The notes below the pieces were generated by a model. It made no database searches. It was not told where the DNA came from and worked only from the letters and a program-made list of their open reading frames with translations. Positions 1 to 9,065 of a stretch of DNA of 64,000 nucleotides are shown here, one piece after another. The position numbers and the translations under genes were made by a program. This DNA is from Candidatus Omnitrophota bacterium (lineage in GTDB: Bacteria; Omnitrophota; Omnitrophia; Omnitrophales; Aquincolibacteriaceae). Numbering within the stretch: the stretch's first letter is position 1; every line of letters starts with the position of its first letter. The stretch is from NCBI GenBank assembly GCA_903856085.1, contig CAIOAT010000013.1, positions 231,430 to 295,429 of the forward strand, in the 5' to 3' direction.

Positions 1-1488
1 ATCCGCAAAAGACGCGATCTGAGGAAGATGGGTCACAAGCAGGACTTGCCGCTCTCCGGAGATACTTTTGAGTTTCTGGCCTGTAACATGCCCCAGACGA
101 CCGCCGATATTGGTATCGATCTCATCAAAAATAAGCACGGGAACGGGATCCACCTGCATCAGCGCTTTTTTCATGGCAAGCATCACGCGGGAAGCCTCGC
201 CTCCGGAAATGATCTTCGCGATCCCGAGCATCGGTTGGCCCGGATTCATGCGTGCCATGAATTCCACTCGATCCGTCCCTTCCGCTGAAAAATCCACCTT
301 TTCGATCCGAGCCTCGAACTCCGCGTGCATGATCTGAAGGTCCTTCAATTCAGATTCAATGGTTTTTTTAAGCAACGCCCCCGCTTTTTTACGTTTCTCG
401 GAGAACTTAAGCGCGGCCTCACGAAGTTTCGGCTCCAAGCCCCGAATGTCTTTTTGAAGATCGCTTTTCGTCATCTCCATATCGATCAGCTTATCGTATT
501 TCGCCTTGGCCTCCTGATAAAATTCGAGCACCTTGGCATGCGTTCCTCCGTATTTGCGTTTGAGATGCTCCAGAAGGTCTAACTTTTTTTCAAGCTCCTG
601 GAGACGGTCAGGATCAAACGTCAGTTTTTCCCGGTAGTCCCGTAACACGCTGACCACTTCCTGCAGCGAATACTGGACGTTCTCGCAATCGGTTTTGACC
701 TTCTCGATCGAGCTGTCGAATTTGACCAGCCCTCTCAAGTCACGCACGGCTTCGGAAAAAAAACTGTCCGCGCTCGTATCATTCTCATCCAGCACCGCAA
801 GCGCATGGGACACGATCTCCGCGAGCTTTTCAGCATTCGCGAGTCGCATCCGCTCGAGCTCCAGCTCTTCTTCGTTCAGATCCTTGATCTCCGCGCGCTC
901 GATCTCATCCACCTGGTATTTGAGCACGTCCAGTTCCCGCTCCTTGTGCTCCTCAAGCGCCGCGAGTTCTTCTTGCTCCCTCATCAAGTGCGAATATTTT
1001 TCATAAAGGGCCTGGTAATCCTCCTTGAGTCCCTCGATTTTCGCGAAACGGTCAATGATACCCAGATGAGACGCGCTATCAAGAAGCCGCTGGTGATCAT
1101 ACTGGCCGTGGATGTCAATCAGGTAAGCACCGGCTTCCTTCAGAATGGAGAGTGGAACCAGTCGGTTGTTAATCCACGCGCGCGTCTTTCCCTGGGCGAA
1201 TTCCCGGCGCAGGATGAGCAGATCGTCTTCAGCGAGGTATGGCTCAAATACGGTTTGTTTTTTAAGAAAAGGGTCTTGGAGTTCAAACGCAGCTTCCACC
1301 TGGCAGGGTTTATCATTCGCTTCTTGCCTCAGCCCGTCCATGCGTTCGCCCAGGACGAACCTGATCGCATCGATCAAAATAGATTTGCCCGCACCTGTTT
1401 CCCCGGTCATCACGTTCATTTGACCGGAGAATTCGAGCGTCAGGTCCTCGATCAGCGCGAAATTTTTAATATGGAGTTGGGTCAGCAC
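1..1488 (-). CDS. recN: DNA repair protein RecN, N-terminal ~495 aa; the 3' end runs off the window start
   Basis: The minus-strand frame is open from a GTG at 1486-1488 (preceded by an in-frame TAA) to the window edge. Translation starts (M)LTQLHIKNFALIEDLTLEFSGQMNVMTGETGAGKSILIDAIRFVLGERMDG, the canonical RecN N-terminus with Walker A GETGAGKS. It is absent from the ORF track because it has no in-window stop. The plus-strand ORFs 28..1503 are antisense artefacts. Confidence 0.8.
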   Translation of the reverse strand, partial: MLTQLHIKNFALIEDLTLEFSGQMNVMTGETGAGKSILIDAIRFVLGERMDGLRQEANDKPCQVEAAFELQDPFLKKQTVFEPYLAEDDLLILRREFAQGKTRAWINNRLVPLSILKEAGAYLIDIHGQYDHQRLLDSASHLGIIDRFAKIEGLKEDYQALYEKYSHLMREQEELAALEEHKERELDVLKYQVDEIERAEIKDLNEEELELERMRLANAEKLAEIVSHALAVLDENDTSADSFFSEAVRDLRGLVKFDSSIEKVKTDCENVQYSLQEVVSVLRDYREKLTFDPDRLQELEKKLDLLEHLKRKYGGTHAKVLEFYQEAKAKYDKLIDMEMTKSDLQKDIRGLEPKLREAALKFSEKRKKAGALLKKTIESELKDLQIMHAEFEARIEKVDFSAEGTDRVEFMARMNPGQPMLGIAKIISGGEASRVMLAMKKALMQVDPVPVLIFDEIDTNIGGRLGHVTGQKLKSISGERQVLLVTHLPQIASFAD

Positions 1489-1643
1489 AGGATTCTCATT
1501 TAATAAGGTTTATTGGAAATCAGTGCCAGAATCATTCGAACCATCAGTATAACGCAACGATCCCTATTGCGAGACCCACTTTTCAACTTTCAGCCCAAAG
1601 CCAGGACCTATGACTGCGCCAAAGGATACAGAAAATCATCAGT

Positions 1644-2057
1644 CTATTCATCCGCGGGTTGGGCTCGAAGTTTTTTAAGCGCACCATGCCTCTGCTTAGC
1701 ATCGAGCATTTTGTCTTTCGCTCGTTTGGAACGTTTGCGTTTCTGCCGCCGGATCTTGGCAATTTGCTTGGCAGCCTCACTCTCCCGGCCCAGGATCCGC
1801 GCCTCCAGCTTTTCAGTCAACATCCGGCGCGCCCAATACCGGTTCATACCTTGCGTACGTTCTTTTTGACATTTGATAAAAAGACCCGTGGGCCGATGCT
1901 TCAGGACCACGCACGTGGATACCTTATTAACGTTCTGACCCCCTGGTCCCCCAGAACACACGAACGATTCCTCAAGATCCTGCTCGCGGATCCCGATCCG
2001 CGCCATTTGGCTCGCAAGTCCCTGCTGCTTCTTTTCAGACACCGGATAAACATTCAT
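1644..2057 (-). CDS. arfB: Alternative ribosome-rescue factor ArfB (YaeJ), a peptidyl-tRNA hydrolase with a class I release-factor GGQ domain
   Basis: 137 aa with a GGPGGQNVNK GGQ motif followed by a highly basic K/R-rich C-terminal tail, the typical ArfB architecture. Confidence 0.7.
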   Translation of the reverse strand: MNVYPVSEKKQQGLASQMARIGIREQDLEESFVCSGGPGGQNVNKVSTCVVLKHRPTGLFIKCQKERTQGMNRYWARRMLTEKLEARILGRESEAAKQIAKIRRQKRKRSKRAKDKMLDAKQRHGALKKLRAQPADE

Positions 2058-2064
2058 AGAATTT

Positions 2065-2313
2065 TCATTCTTTTCCCTTGCTGGAAAAACAGCGTTTCCG
2101 CCCCTCGATAATAAGCGCCACGCCGGCCAAAAAGAAGGAGAGGAACCCCAGAAGCGAGAAAACCATGCTGGGCAAAGTCCCCACCCAGAACGCGCAACCG
2201 ATGAGTGCCAACCCAGGCAAGAGGTATTGCCAAAGATAATTTTTCATAACAGGCATTCTCGCAGAATCGATCGGCAACCGCAAGCGGGACGGAAACCTGG
2301 AAATCCAGAGCAC
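2065..2313 (-). CDS. Small hydrophobic hypothetical membrane protein; probably starts at the internal MKNYLWQYLLPGL
   Basis: The ORF lies immediately upstream of arfB. Its C-terminal 60 aa are strongly hydrophobic (LALIGCAFWVGTLPSMVFSLLGFLSFFLAGVALII). I recognise no motif. Confidence 0.25.
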   Translation of the reverse strand: MLWISRFPSRLRLPIDSARMPVMKNYLWQYLLPGLALIGCAFWVGTLPSMVFSLLGFLSFFLAGVALIIEGRKRCFSSKGKE

Positions 2314-2515
2314 AAAACAATCCCGAAAGACGGCCCACAGTGAAATACGCCCGAGGTCTGGTTCTTTGTTGTGCTATCTTGATTTGATCGGGATTCCAGA
2401 GTACCATCCTCTTCTTAGATTTTTTAAGAGAATGGCAGGGCTGGCCCTAATTTCTGCATTGCTGAAATTGATAGACCTTGGGACCCTAGGTGCGTCGAAA
2501 AGGAGACGGACATCA

Positions 2516-3397
2516 ATGACACAGGTTTTGTGGGACGCCTTGAAAGACACGTTTGGAATGATACCGTGGCTTTTGGGGATCTATATAGCGCTTGAGATTC
2601 TTGAGAACAAGTCGGAATCTTTTATCGGAGAAAAGATCAGTCACCGGATGGGCGCGGCGCCTCTTTTGGGTGCGCTTCTGGGCTGCATGCCCCAATGTGG
2701 TTTTTCGGTCATAGCGGCCACGCTTTATGCCCGCAGATGCATTTCAAGGGGAACACTTCTGGCCGTTTTCCTATCAACCTCGGACGAAGCGATCCCTGTC
2801 ATCCTCGCCCAGCACGACAAAGCCCCGCTCGTCCTTTGGCTACTGCTCGTGAAAGTGATCCTTGCGACGGTCGCCGGATATGCGATCGATCTTATTTTTA
2901 AAAAGGACGCTTCTAAAATATTGCATTCTCCGCACGGCCCCGTGGTTCCCGAGGGAGGGCACAGACACTGCGACTGCCATGCTCATGGCCGAGAAATCCC
3001 AAAATGGAAAACCTTTTTTCTTTTCCCTTTGAAACACACGATGAGAGTTTTATTTTTTATTTTTGCAGTTTCGCTTACGATCGCCTTCCTGGTCGCAAAA
3101 TTTGGGGAAAAGGGCTTAGGGCACATCTTTTTCGCAGGGACCTTTTTCCAGCCCATGATCGCGGTCTTGGTGGGACTGATCCCGAACTGCGCCGCTTCCG
3201 TCGCCATCACCGAGATCTACCTCAAAGGCGGCATCACTTTCGGTTCCGCCATTGCAGGTCTTTCGGCCAGTGGCGGCCTGGGACTGTTGGTTCTCCTAAA
3301 AGAGAATAAAAATCGTAAAGAAAACGCTCTCATCATCAGCCTCCTTATTTTCGTTAGCCTCCTCGCGGGGATTGTTATTAATATTCTAATGCGCTAA
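2516..3397 (+). CDS. Polytopic membrane permease, ArsP_2/PF11449-like putative 10-TM metal exporter family
   Basis: Multiple TM segments. Two internally repeated halves carry Cys-containing motifs (GCMPQCGFSV ... TSDEAIP and IPNCAASVAITEIY). Start chosen at MTQVLWDAL. The ORF track N-extension from 2366 is unlikely to be translated. The stop is 8 nt before mgtA. Confidence 0.45.
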   Translation: MTQVLWDALKDTFGMIPWLLGIYIALEILENKSESFIGEKISHRMGAAPLLGALLGCMPQCGFSVIAATLYARRCISRGTLLAVFLSTSDEAIPVILAQHDKAPLVLWLLLVKVILATVAGYAIDLIFKKDASKILHSPHGPVVPEGGHRHCDCHAHGREIPKWKTFFLFPLKHTMRVLFFIFAVSLTIAFLVAKFGEKGLGHIFFAGTFFQPMIAVLVGLIPNCAASVAITEIYLKGGITFGSAIAGLSASGGLGLLVLLKENKNRKENALIISLLIFVSLLAGIVINILMR

Positions 3398-3405
3398 ACT
3401 TTCCT

Positions 3406-5961
3406 ATGCCAAATTCTCAAAACCTTAAAAATCAAAAACCGATCTCCTTTTTTAGTGCGGCAACGGCCGAAGATCTCCTCAAAGAATTTATGACCTCGTG
3501 GGGGGGCTTGTCCGAAGAAGAAGCCTCTTTGCGCATCGAAAGACACGGCCCCAACGAGCCGGCAAGAAAGAAAAAAAGGGCCGTGCTGGGACAACTCCTC
3601 CAGAAATTCACGGATCCGCTCGTCATTGTCCTTGTGATCATCGCCACCTTTTCTCTCTGTTTCGGAGAAAAGATCCAGGCACTGCTCGTCCTGCTCATGA
3701 TCTTCCTCAGCGTCTTTTTGTCCTTTTTCCAGGAGTATCGTTCCCACAAAGAAGCCGAAAAGCTAAGTGAACTCGTACGCGCCACGGCCACGGTCAACCG
3801 TGACGGGAAACAGATCGAAATCAAAATGCGCGAGATCGTCCCGGGCGACATCGTGGATCTTTACGCGGGCGACATGATCCCCGCGGACCTCCGCATTCTT
3901 TCCTGCAAAGATCTTTTCATCAACCAGTCGTCCTTGACCGGAGAATCTTTCCCCATTGAAAAAACTGCAGCGCCGGTCAAAACCGAAAGCCTTTCCGTTA
4001 CAAATCTGACGAACATCGCATTCATGGGATCAAGCGTTGTCAGCGGGACCGCATTGGGTCTTGTTATCCGGACTGGCATTGAAACTCAATTCGGAGAGGT
4101 TTCCCGCCGGCTGGCCAGCATCCGCACGCAGACCAGCTTCGACAAAGGCATCCATCAGTTCGTTTGGCTCATGATTAAAGTGATGATGGTGATGGTCGCC
4201 GCGATCTTTGTGATCAATTTGGTCACCAAAGGCGATTGGAAGAACGCTTTGCTTTTTTCACTTGCGGTCGCCGTCGGCCTGACGCCAGAAATGCTGCCGA
4301 TGCTCGTGACGATCAATCTTTCCAAAGGCGCCATCGCCATGTCCAAAAAGAAGGTCATCGTGAAGCGCCTCAACTCGATCCAGAACCTCGGCGCCATGAA
4401 CGTGATCTGTACGGACAAGACGGGTACCCTCACGCTGGACGATGTCGTGCTCGAACGCCATTGCGATGTGGTCCGAGCAGAGAACGAAGAAGTCCTCAAA
4501 TATGCCTTCATCAATAGTTTCTATCAAACCGGTCTCAAAAACCTGCTTGATCGCGCGATTTTGAAGCACGAATTGGTGCTGGCCCAACAATATAAGAAAG
4601 AGGACGAGATCCCGTTCGATTTCTCGCGCAGGATCATGTCGGTGATCGTCGAATCCGAAGGAAAACAGACGCTTATTTCCAAGGGGGCACCCGAGGAGAT
4701 CTTCAAACGTTGTCGCTATTACGAACTCGACGGCGAGATTCTGGAGATGGAAAACCTGATCCTATCGGATCTTAAAGAAGAGTATGACAGCCTAAGCGCC
4801 GACGGTTTCCGGGTCCTGGCCGTGGCTTATAAAAATATGTCGGAGAGAAAAAGCGTTTACAGCAAGGACGATGAAAAGGACCTCGTCTTGATCGGCTACC
4901 TCGCATTCCTCGACCCGCCGAAACCCAGCGCCAAGGAGACGATCCATCGCCTGAAAAATCTTGGCATCGAATTTAAAGTGCTGACAGGCGACAACGAACT
5001 TGTGACCAAAAAGATCTGCAGCCATGTCGGGCTTGATGTTCACGAGATCGTTACAGGCGACAAATTGGAGGCCACGAGCGATATCGCGCTCCGGGAACTC
5101 GTCAAAAAAACCACGGTCTTCGCGCGTCTCTCACCCCTTCAAAAGGAACGCGTCATTCATGCGCTTCACGAGAACGGACAGATCGTCGGGTATCTTGGAG
5201 ACGGCATTAATGACGCCCCCGCCCTCAAGACTTCAGATGTCGGCATTTCTGTCAATAACGCCGTCGATATCGCCAAGGAATCTGCGGACATCATCCTGCT
5301 TGAAAAAAGTCTTTTGGTCCTGGAAGACGGCGTCTTGGAGGGCCGCAGAACCTTCGGGAACATTATGAAATACATCAAGATGGGTTCGAGTTCTAATTTC
5401 GGGAATATGATCAGCATGACCGGGGCGAGCCTTTTCCTTCCCTTTCTCCCGATGCTTCCGATCCAGATCCTGTTCAACAATTTCCTTTATGATGTTTCTC
5501 AGGTCGCCATTCCCACAGACAATGTGGACGTCGATTATTTGAAAACTCCCAAAGGATGGGACATCAAAGCCATTCGAAGGTTCATGCTCATCTTTGGCCC
5601 TATCAGCTCCCTCTTTGATTTTTTAACCTTTGGACTCCTGCTTTTTGTTTTCCACGCTTCTCAGGAATTTTTCCATACCAGCTGGTTCCTGGAATCGCTG
5701 TGCACTCAAACTTTCATTATTTATATCATCCGGACCGCCAAAATACCCTTTATCGAAAGCCGCCCGAGCCGCTTCCTGGTCCTGATGTCAGTTTTCATCA
5801 TCGGGACCGCCTTCGCCATCACTCTTTCCCCGTGGGGGAAATTCTTCGGTTTTGTGCCTCCGACCTGGAGCTACGGCTTTGCGGTCTTCATGATCGTCCT
5901 CGCCTATCTCGCCCTCACGCAAAAAATCAAAGCTTGGTACGTAAAAAAGTTCGGCTACTAA
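3406..5961 (+). CDS. mgtA: Magnesium-translocating P-type ATPase
   Basis: 851 aa. P-type ATPase phosphorylation motif CTDKTGTLT, hinge GDGINDAPAL, and an MgtA-type N-terminus and TM layout. Confidence 0.85.
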   Translation: MPNSQNLKNQKPISFFSAATAEDLLKEFMTSWGGLSEEEASLRIERHGPNEPARKKKRAVLGQLLQKFTDPLVIVLVIIATFSLCFGEKIQALLVLLMIFLSVFLSFFQEYRSHKEAEKLSELVRATATVNRDGKQIEIKMREIVPGDIVDLYAGDMIPADLRILSCKDLFINQSSLTGESFPIEKTAAPVKTESLSVTNLTNIAFMGSSVVSGTALGLVIRTGIETQFGEVSRRLASIRTQTSFDKGIHQFVWLMIKVMMVMVAAIFVINLVTKGDWKNALLFSLAVAVGLTPEMLPMLVTINLSKGAIAMSKKKVIVKRLNSIQNLGAMNVICTDKTGTLTLDDVVLERHCDVVRAENEEVLKYAFINSFYQTGLKNLLDRAILKHELVLAQQYKKEDEIPFDFSRRIMSVIVESEGKQTLISKGAPEEIFKRCRYYELDGEILEMENLILSDLKEEYDSLSADGFRVLAVAYKNMSERKSVYSKDDEKDLVLIGYLAFLDPPKPSAKETIHRLKNLGIEFKVLTGDNELVTKKICSHVGLDVHEIVTGDKLEATSDIALRELVKKTTVFARLSPLQKERVIHALHENGQIVGYLGDGINDAPALKTSDVGISVNNAVDIAKESADIILLEKSLLVLEDGVLEGRRTFGNIMKYIKMGSSSNFGNMISMTGASLFLPFLPMLPIQILFNNFLYDVSQVAIPTDNVDVDYLKTPKGWDIKAIRRFMLIFGPISSLFDFLTFGLLLFVFHASQEFFHTSWFLESLCTQTFIIYIIRTAKIPFIESRPSRFLVLMSVFIIGTAFAITLSPWGKFFGFVPPTWSYGFAVFMIVLAYLALTQKIKAWYVKKFGY

Positions 5962-6096
5962 ACACGCGCCGCTTGGAAAACGTTGCGCGTTTTTGCGATC
6001 CGCTTTCCTTTCACCCCGCCACACGTTTTAATCCCTTCCCCGCTCATTCCATTTAAGCTACAATCCTCCTCATCACTCACCTTCCCGGAGGCTTTT

Positions 6097-6369
6097 ATGG
6101 ATTGGAAAGTTTTTTTGGCCACATTAAGTGCTATTTTTTTTGCGGAGCTTGCGGACAAAACCCAGTTTGTGGGAATCACCATGGCTTCCAAAACTGGGAA
6201 ACCCTTTTCCGTATTTCTGGGTTCGATCGCAGGCTATGCGCTGGTGACACTGATCTCGGTGGTCATCGGAACCCTCTTGGCGAAATACATCAAGCCTGAG
6301 ATCATTCGCTACACTGGTGCGACGGCATTCGTGATCATCGGAATGTTGATGTTCTTTAATAAATTGTAA
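6097..6369 (+). CDS. UPF0016 (GDT1/TMEM165/MneA) family putative Mn2+/Ca2+ transporter, single half-size repeat
   Basis: About 90 aa with three TM segments and the family signature E-L-A-D-K-T (ELADKTQFV). Start at MDWKVF. The ORF-track extension from 5983 is non-hydrophobic leader. Confidence 0.6.
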   Translation: MDWKVFLATLSAIFFAELADKTQFVGITMASKTGKPFSVFLGSIAGYALVTLISVVIGTLLAKYIKPEIIRYTGATAFVIIGMLMFFNKL

Positions 6370-6551
6370 TGTCCGAAAGGACGTCATCCCCGAAGGGCTT
6401 AATCGGGGAGACATAAAACCAAGCTAGATTCCCGAGCTGAACGACCTATAAAGCTTCATAGGGAGTTGAGTGCGGCATTCGCTTTTAATGAAATCTTTAA
6501 TGAAAGCAAGCGCCGCTTTGACGGGAATGACAAAATAAAAAGGAGTACTCC

Positions 6552-6629
6552 ATGGCAAAAAAAGCGAAGAAAGTAGCAAAAAAGAAGACCAAGAAAGCCG
6601 CAAAAAAATCCAGTTGCTGCTGCCGTTAA
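6552..6629 (+). CDS. Candidate small ORF: a 25-aa polybasic peptide ending in CCCR (MAKKAKKVAKKKTKKAAKKSSCCCR)
   Basis: A strong SD, AAAGGAG, sits 6 nt upstream of the ATG. It is below the ORF-track length cutoff. A perfect 15-bp hairpin follows it. Confidence 0.3.
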   Translation: MAKKAKKVAKKKTKKAAKKSSCCCR

Positions 6630-6637
6630 CACATTCG

Positions 6638-6675
6638 CAAGCTACGAGGTTGAAAGGATCCAACCTCGTAGCTTG
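6638..6675 (+). promoter_or_regulatory. Perfect 15-bp inverted repeat (CAAGCTACGAGGTTG / CAACCTCGTAGCTTG, 8-nt loop) between the small ORF and the rluA-like gene
   Basis: Read directly from the sequence. No U-tract follows, so it is not a canonical intrinsic terminator. It could be an attenuator, a processing site or a protein-binding site. Confidence 0.5.
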
Positions 6676-6696
6676 AAATGGTTCTTGCTCAATTCA

Positions 6697-7431
6697 ATGA
6701 CAAACGCCCCTTACACGCAGTGCCCGATCCTCTTCGAAGACACGGACCTTCTTGTGATCAACAAGCCCGAAGGGGTTCTCTCCCATCCTAATCCCGGGAC
6801 TAAAAGTCCTGCTTCCGCTTTCGAAGGTCCTTATGATCTGGCTGAACGACGATTTCAAACGCCTCAAGGACCGATCTGGCTCATCCATCGCCTGGATCAA
6901 GACACCTCCGGAGTACTTCTGGCCGCAAAAAACAAGAAGAGTGTCGCGGCCTGTAGGAACGCTTTCGAGAACAGGCAAGTGAAGAAAAACTACATCGCCC
7001 TTGTTTCAAGACGGCCGATGCCACCCCACGGAATATGGCGCGACACGCTCATGGAAAACCGGTCCTCCGGCGGCATCCGTTCTGCCATCAATTATGCGGG
7101 AAAACCTAATGCTTTTTTAAATTACAAAATGAAAGAATATTTCCAGAAATTCAATCTGTCGCTTTTGGAGATCGAACTCTTGACCGGAAAAACGCATCAG
7201 ATCCGCGTGCAGTCGACCTATCGCGGCCACCCCGTCGCTGGTGACAGGATCTACGGAAATTTTACTCTCAATAAAGAGTTGCGGGCAGCTCTTGATCTGC
7301 ACAGGATGTTCCTACACGCCTGGCGGTTGGTCCTTCCACATCCCACGAGCGGAAAACTGCTCACCCTCGAATCCCCGCTCCCGGAAGACCTGGAAGATTG
7401 TCTGCTCAGAGTCTCTCCGCCGAAGCGATGA
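6697..7431 (+). CDS. RluA-family pseudouridine synthase
   Basis: HRLDQDTSGVLL catalytic-Asp motif and a TGKTHQIRVQ motif. Start taken at the ATG (MTNAPYTQ). The ORF track begins at an upstream TTG inside the hairpin. The stop overlaps the next gene by ATGA. Confidence 0.7.
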   Translation: MTNAPYTQCPILFEDTDLLVINKPEGVLSHPNPGTKSPASAFEGPYDLAERRFQTPQGPIWLIHRLDQDTSGVLLAAKNKKSVAACRNAFENRQVKKNYIALVSRRPMPPHGIWRDTLMENRSSGGIRSAINYAGKPNAFLNYKMKEYFQKFNLSLLEIELLTGKTHQIRVQSTYRGHPVAGDRIYGNFTLNKELRAALDLHRMFLHAWRLVLPHPTSGKLLTLESPLPEDLEDCLLRVSPPKR

Positions 7432-9065
7432 AGGTCCTGCTTTTACAACCTCCCGTGCAGGATTTCTACAATACCGATATTCGCCTCCAGCCGATCGGCC
7501 TGGCGTATCTGAAAGCCGCCGCCAGAAAATTTCTCCCCGAGGTGAGCGTCACGATCAAGGACTATCATCACGGCTGGGGCCGGCGAACGATCCCTCTCCC
7601 GCGAGAGCTCACCTATCTAAAAGATTATTATTCCAAAGACGACAAAAGTCCGTTTTCAACATTTCATCATTATTATCATTTTGGCGCAGATTTTGACATG
7701 ATCGCTGAAGAGGTCGCGAAAGAAAAACCCGACCTCGTTGGCATCGCCTCTCTTTTCGCGCCATATCACCGCGAGGTTCTGCACTGCGCCGAGGCGATTA
7801 AAAAACGCTTTCCTGTTCCCATCCTGCTCGGAGGCTCTCAGGTATCCGCGATGCCAGAAGCGATGCTCGTACATCCCGCGATCGATTTTGTGATCCAAGG
7901 CGAGGGCGAGCGGCCGTTTGTAGAACTTTTAAAGATTTTGAAAAGCGGCAAGAATTTCAAGAAAGTTTCCAATTTGGGGTATAAGAAAAATGGGCGGGTA
8001 GTCTTCAACCCCCGGAAAGGGAATTTCCCGATCGGAACACTTCCTTTCCCTGATCTTTCCGACCTTCCTCAAGGTCATTATCTTTTCGAAAAAAAACCTC
8101 TGTGCTTTATCATCACTTCCCGTGGCTGTCCTTACCGCTGCACCTTTTGCTCGGTCCATAAGACATTCGGCTATCAATGTCGGCGCCGTTCCGCAGAAAA
8201 CATTCTTTCTGAGATCAAGCAGCGTTACCAAGAGGGCTATCGCGTCTTTGACTTTGAGGATGATAACCTTACGTTTGATCGGAAAGAAATGACGGACCTT
8301 TGCGGAAAACTCATTCGGACGTTCCCCCCAAAAGACATCCAACTCCTCGCCATGAACGGGGTCTGCTACTGGACGCTGGATAGCACTATCCTCAAGCTCA
8401 TGCGCCGAGCGGGATTTACGCATCTGAATCTTTCTCTCGTCAGCACGAACACATCATTGCTCAAAACCGTCCACCGGCCCAACCCGCTTAGAAAATACCG
8501 CGACGTCGTAGAGAAAGCGGTAGCCATCGGCTTTAAGGTCGTCGCATATCAAATCCTCGGGCTTCCGGGTGACACGCTCCCTTCAATGATCAAGACACTT
8601 CTCTTTAACGCCAAACTCCCGGTGCTTTTGGGAGCTTCTCCTTTTTATCTTATTCCCCACTCGCCGATCGCCCGACATTTCGATGAACCCTCTGAAACAG
8701 ATGTCTTCAGGGCGCGCCTCACGGCTATGGCCATTGAAACCAAAAACTTCCAGCGCGGAGATCTTTACACACTCCTCATCACGACCCGAATCCTGAACTT
8801 TTTGAAAGGAATCCCTACGAGAACCTCAAAAACTACCCTTTCCAGGGCCCTGGAGATCGCCGAAAAACAGGGTCCTCGCTTAACTGTTGGCGTGGAAATC
8901 TTGCAAAGACTGTTGAAAGAAAAGAAGTTTTACGCCTCGACTGCGAAAGGCCTTGAACCGCTCCCCCGCTTCAAATCCGAACTATTCTTCCAATTGTGGC
9001 AAAAACTTGATAACATCAAAACCCAGGCAAATAAAACTATTGAACTTGGGGGAGACCGTCGATGA
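7428..9065 (+). CDS. B12-binding-domain radical SAM enzyme (class B rSAM), substrate unknown
   Basis: An N-terminal cobalamin-binding-like domain (MKVLLLQPP...) is followed by the radical-SAM CPYRCTFCS (CxxxCxxC) cluster. It has ATGA overlaps with both the upstream and the downstream gene. Confidence 0.7.
   Translation: MKVLLLQPPVQDFYNTDIRLQPIGLAYLKAAARKFLPEVSVTIKDYHHGWGRRTIPLPRELTYLKDYYSKDDKSPFSTFHHYYHFGADFDMIAEEVAKEKPDLVGIASLFAPYHREVLHCAEAIKKRFPVPILLGGSQVSAMPEAMLVHPAIDFVIQGEGERPFVELLKILKSGKNFKKVSNLGYKKNGRVVFNPRKGNFPIGTLPFPDLSDLPQGHYLFEKKPLCFIITSRGCPYRCTFCSVHKTFGYQCRRRSAENILSEIKQRYQEGYRVFDFEDDNLTFDRKEMTDLCGKLIRTFPPKDIQLLAMNGVCYWTLDSTILKLMRRAGFTHLNLSLVSTNTSLLKTVHRPNPLRKYRDVVEKAVAIGFKVVAYQILGLPGDTLPSMIKTLLFNAKLPVLLGASPFYLIPHSPIARHFDEPSETDVFRARLTAMAIETKNFQRGDLYTLLITTRILNFLKGIPTRTSKTTLSRALEIAEKQGPRLTVGVEILQRLLKEKKFYASTAKGLEPLPRFKSELFFQLWQKLDNIKTQANKTIELGGDRR

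Noticed and set aside
28-1503. Plus-strand ORFs 28..288, 68..337, 325..582, 695..1006, 805..1503 and 1145..1423
   Set aside because: All are antisense to the clearly recognisable recN frame. They have low-complexity, Ser/Leu-rich translations and no motifs.
2366-2515. Upstream 50 codons of the permease ORF
   Set aside because: They precede the first hydrophobic segment and would overlap the arfB and small-protein promoter region. The start at MTQVLW is more plausible.
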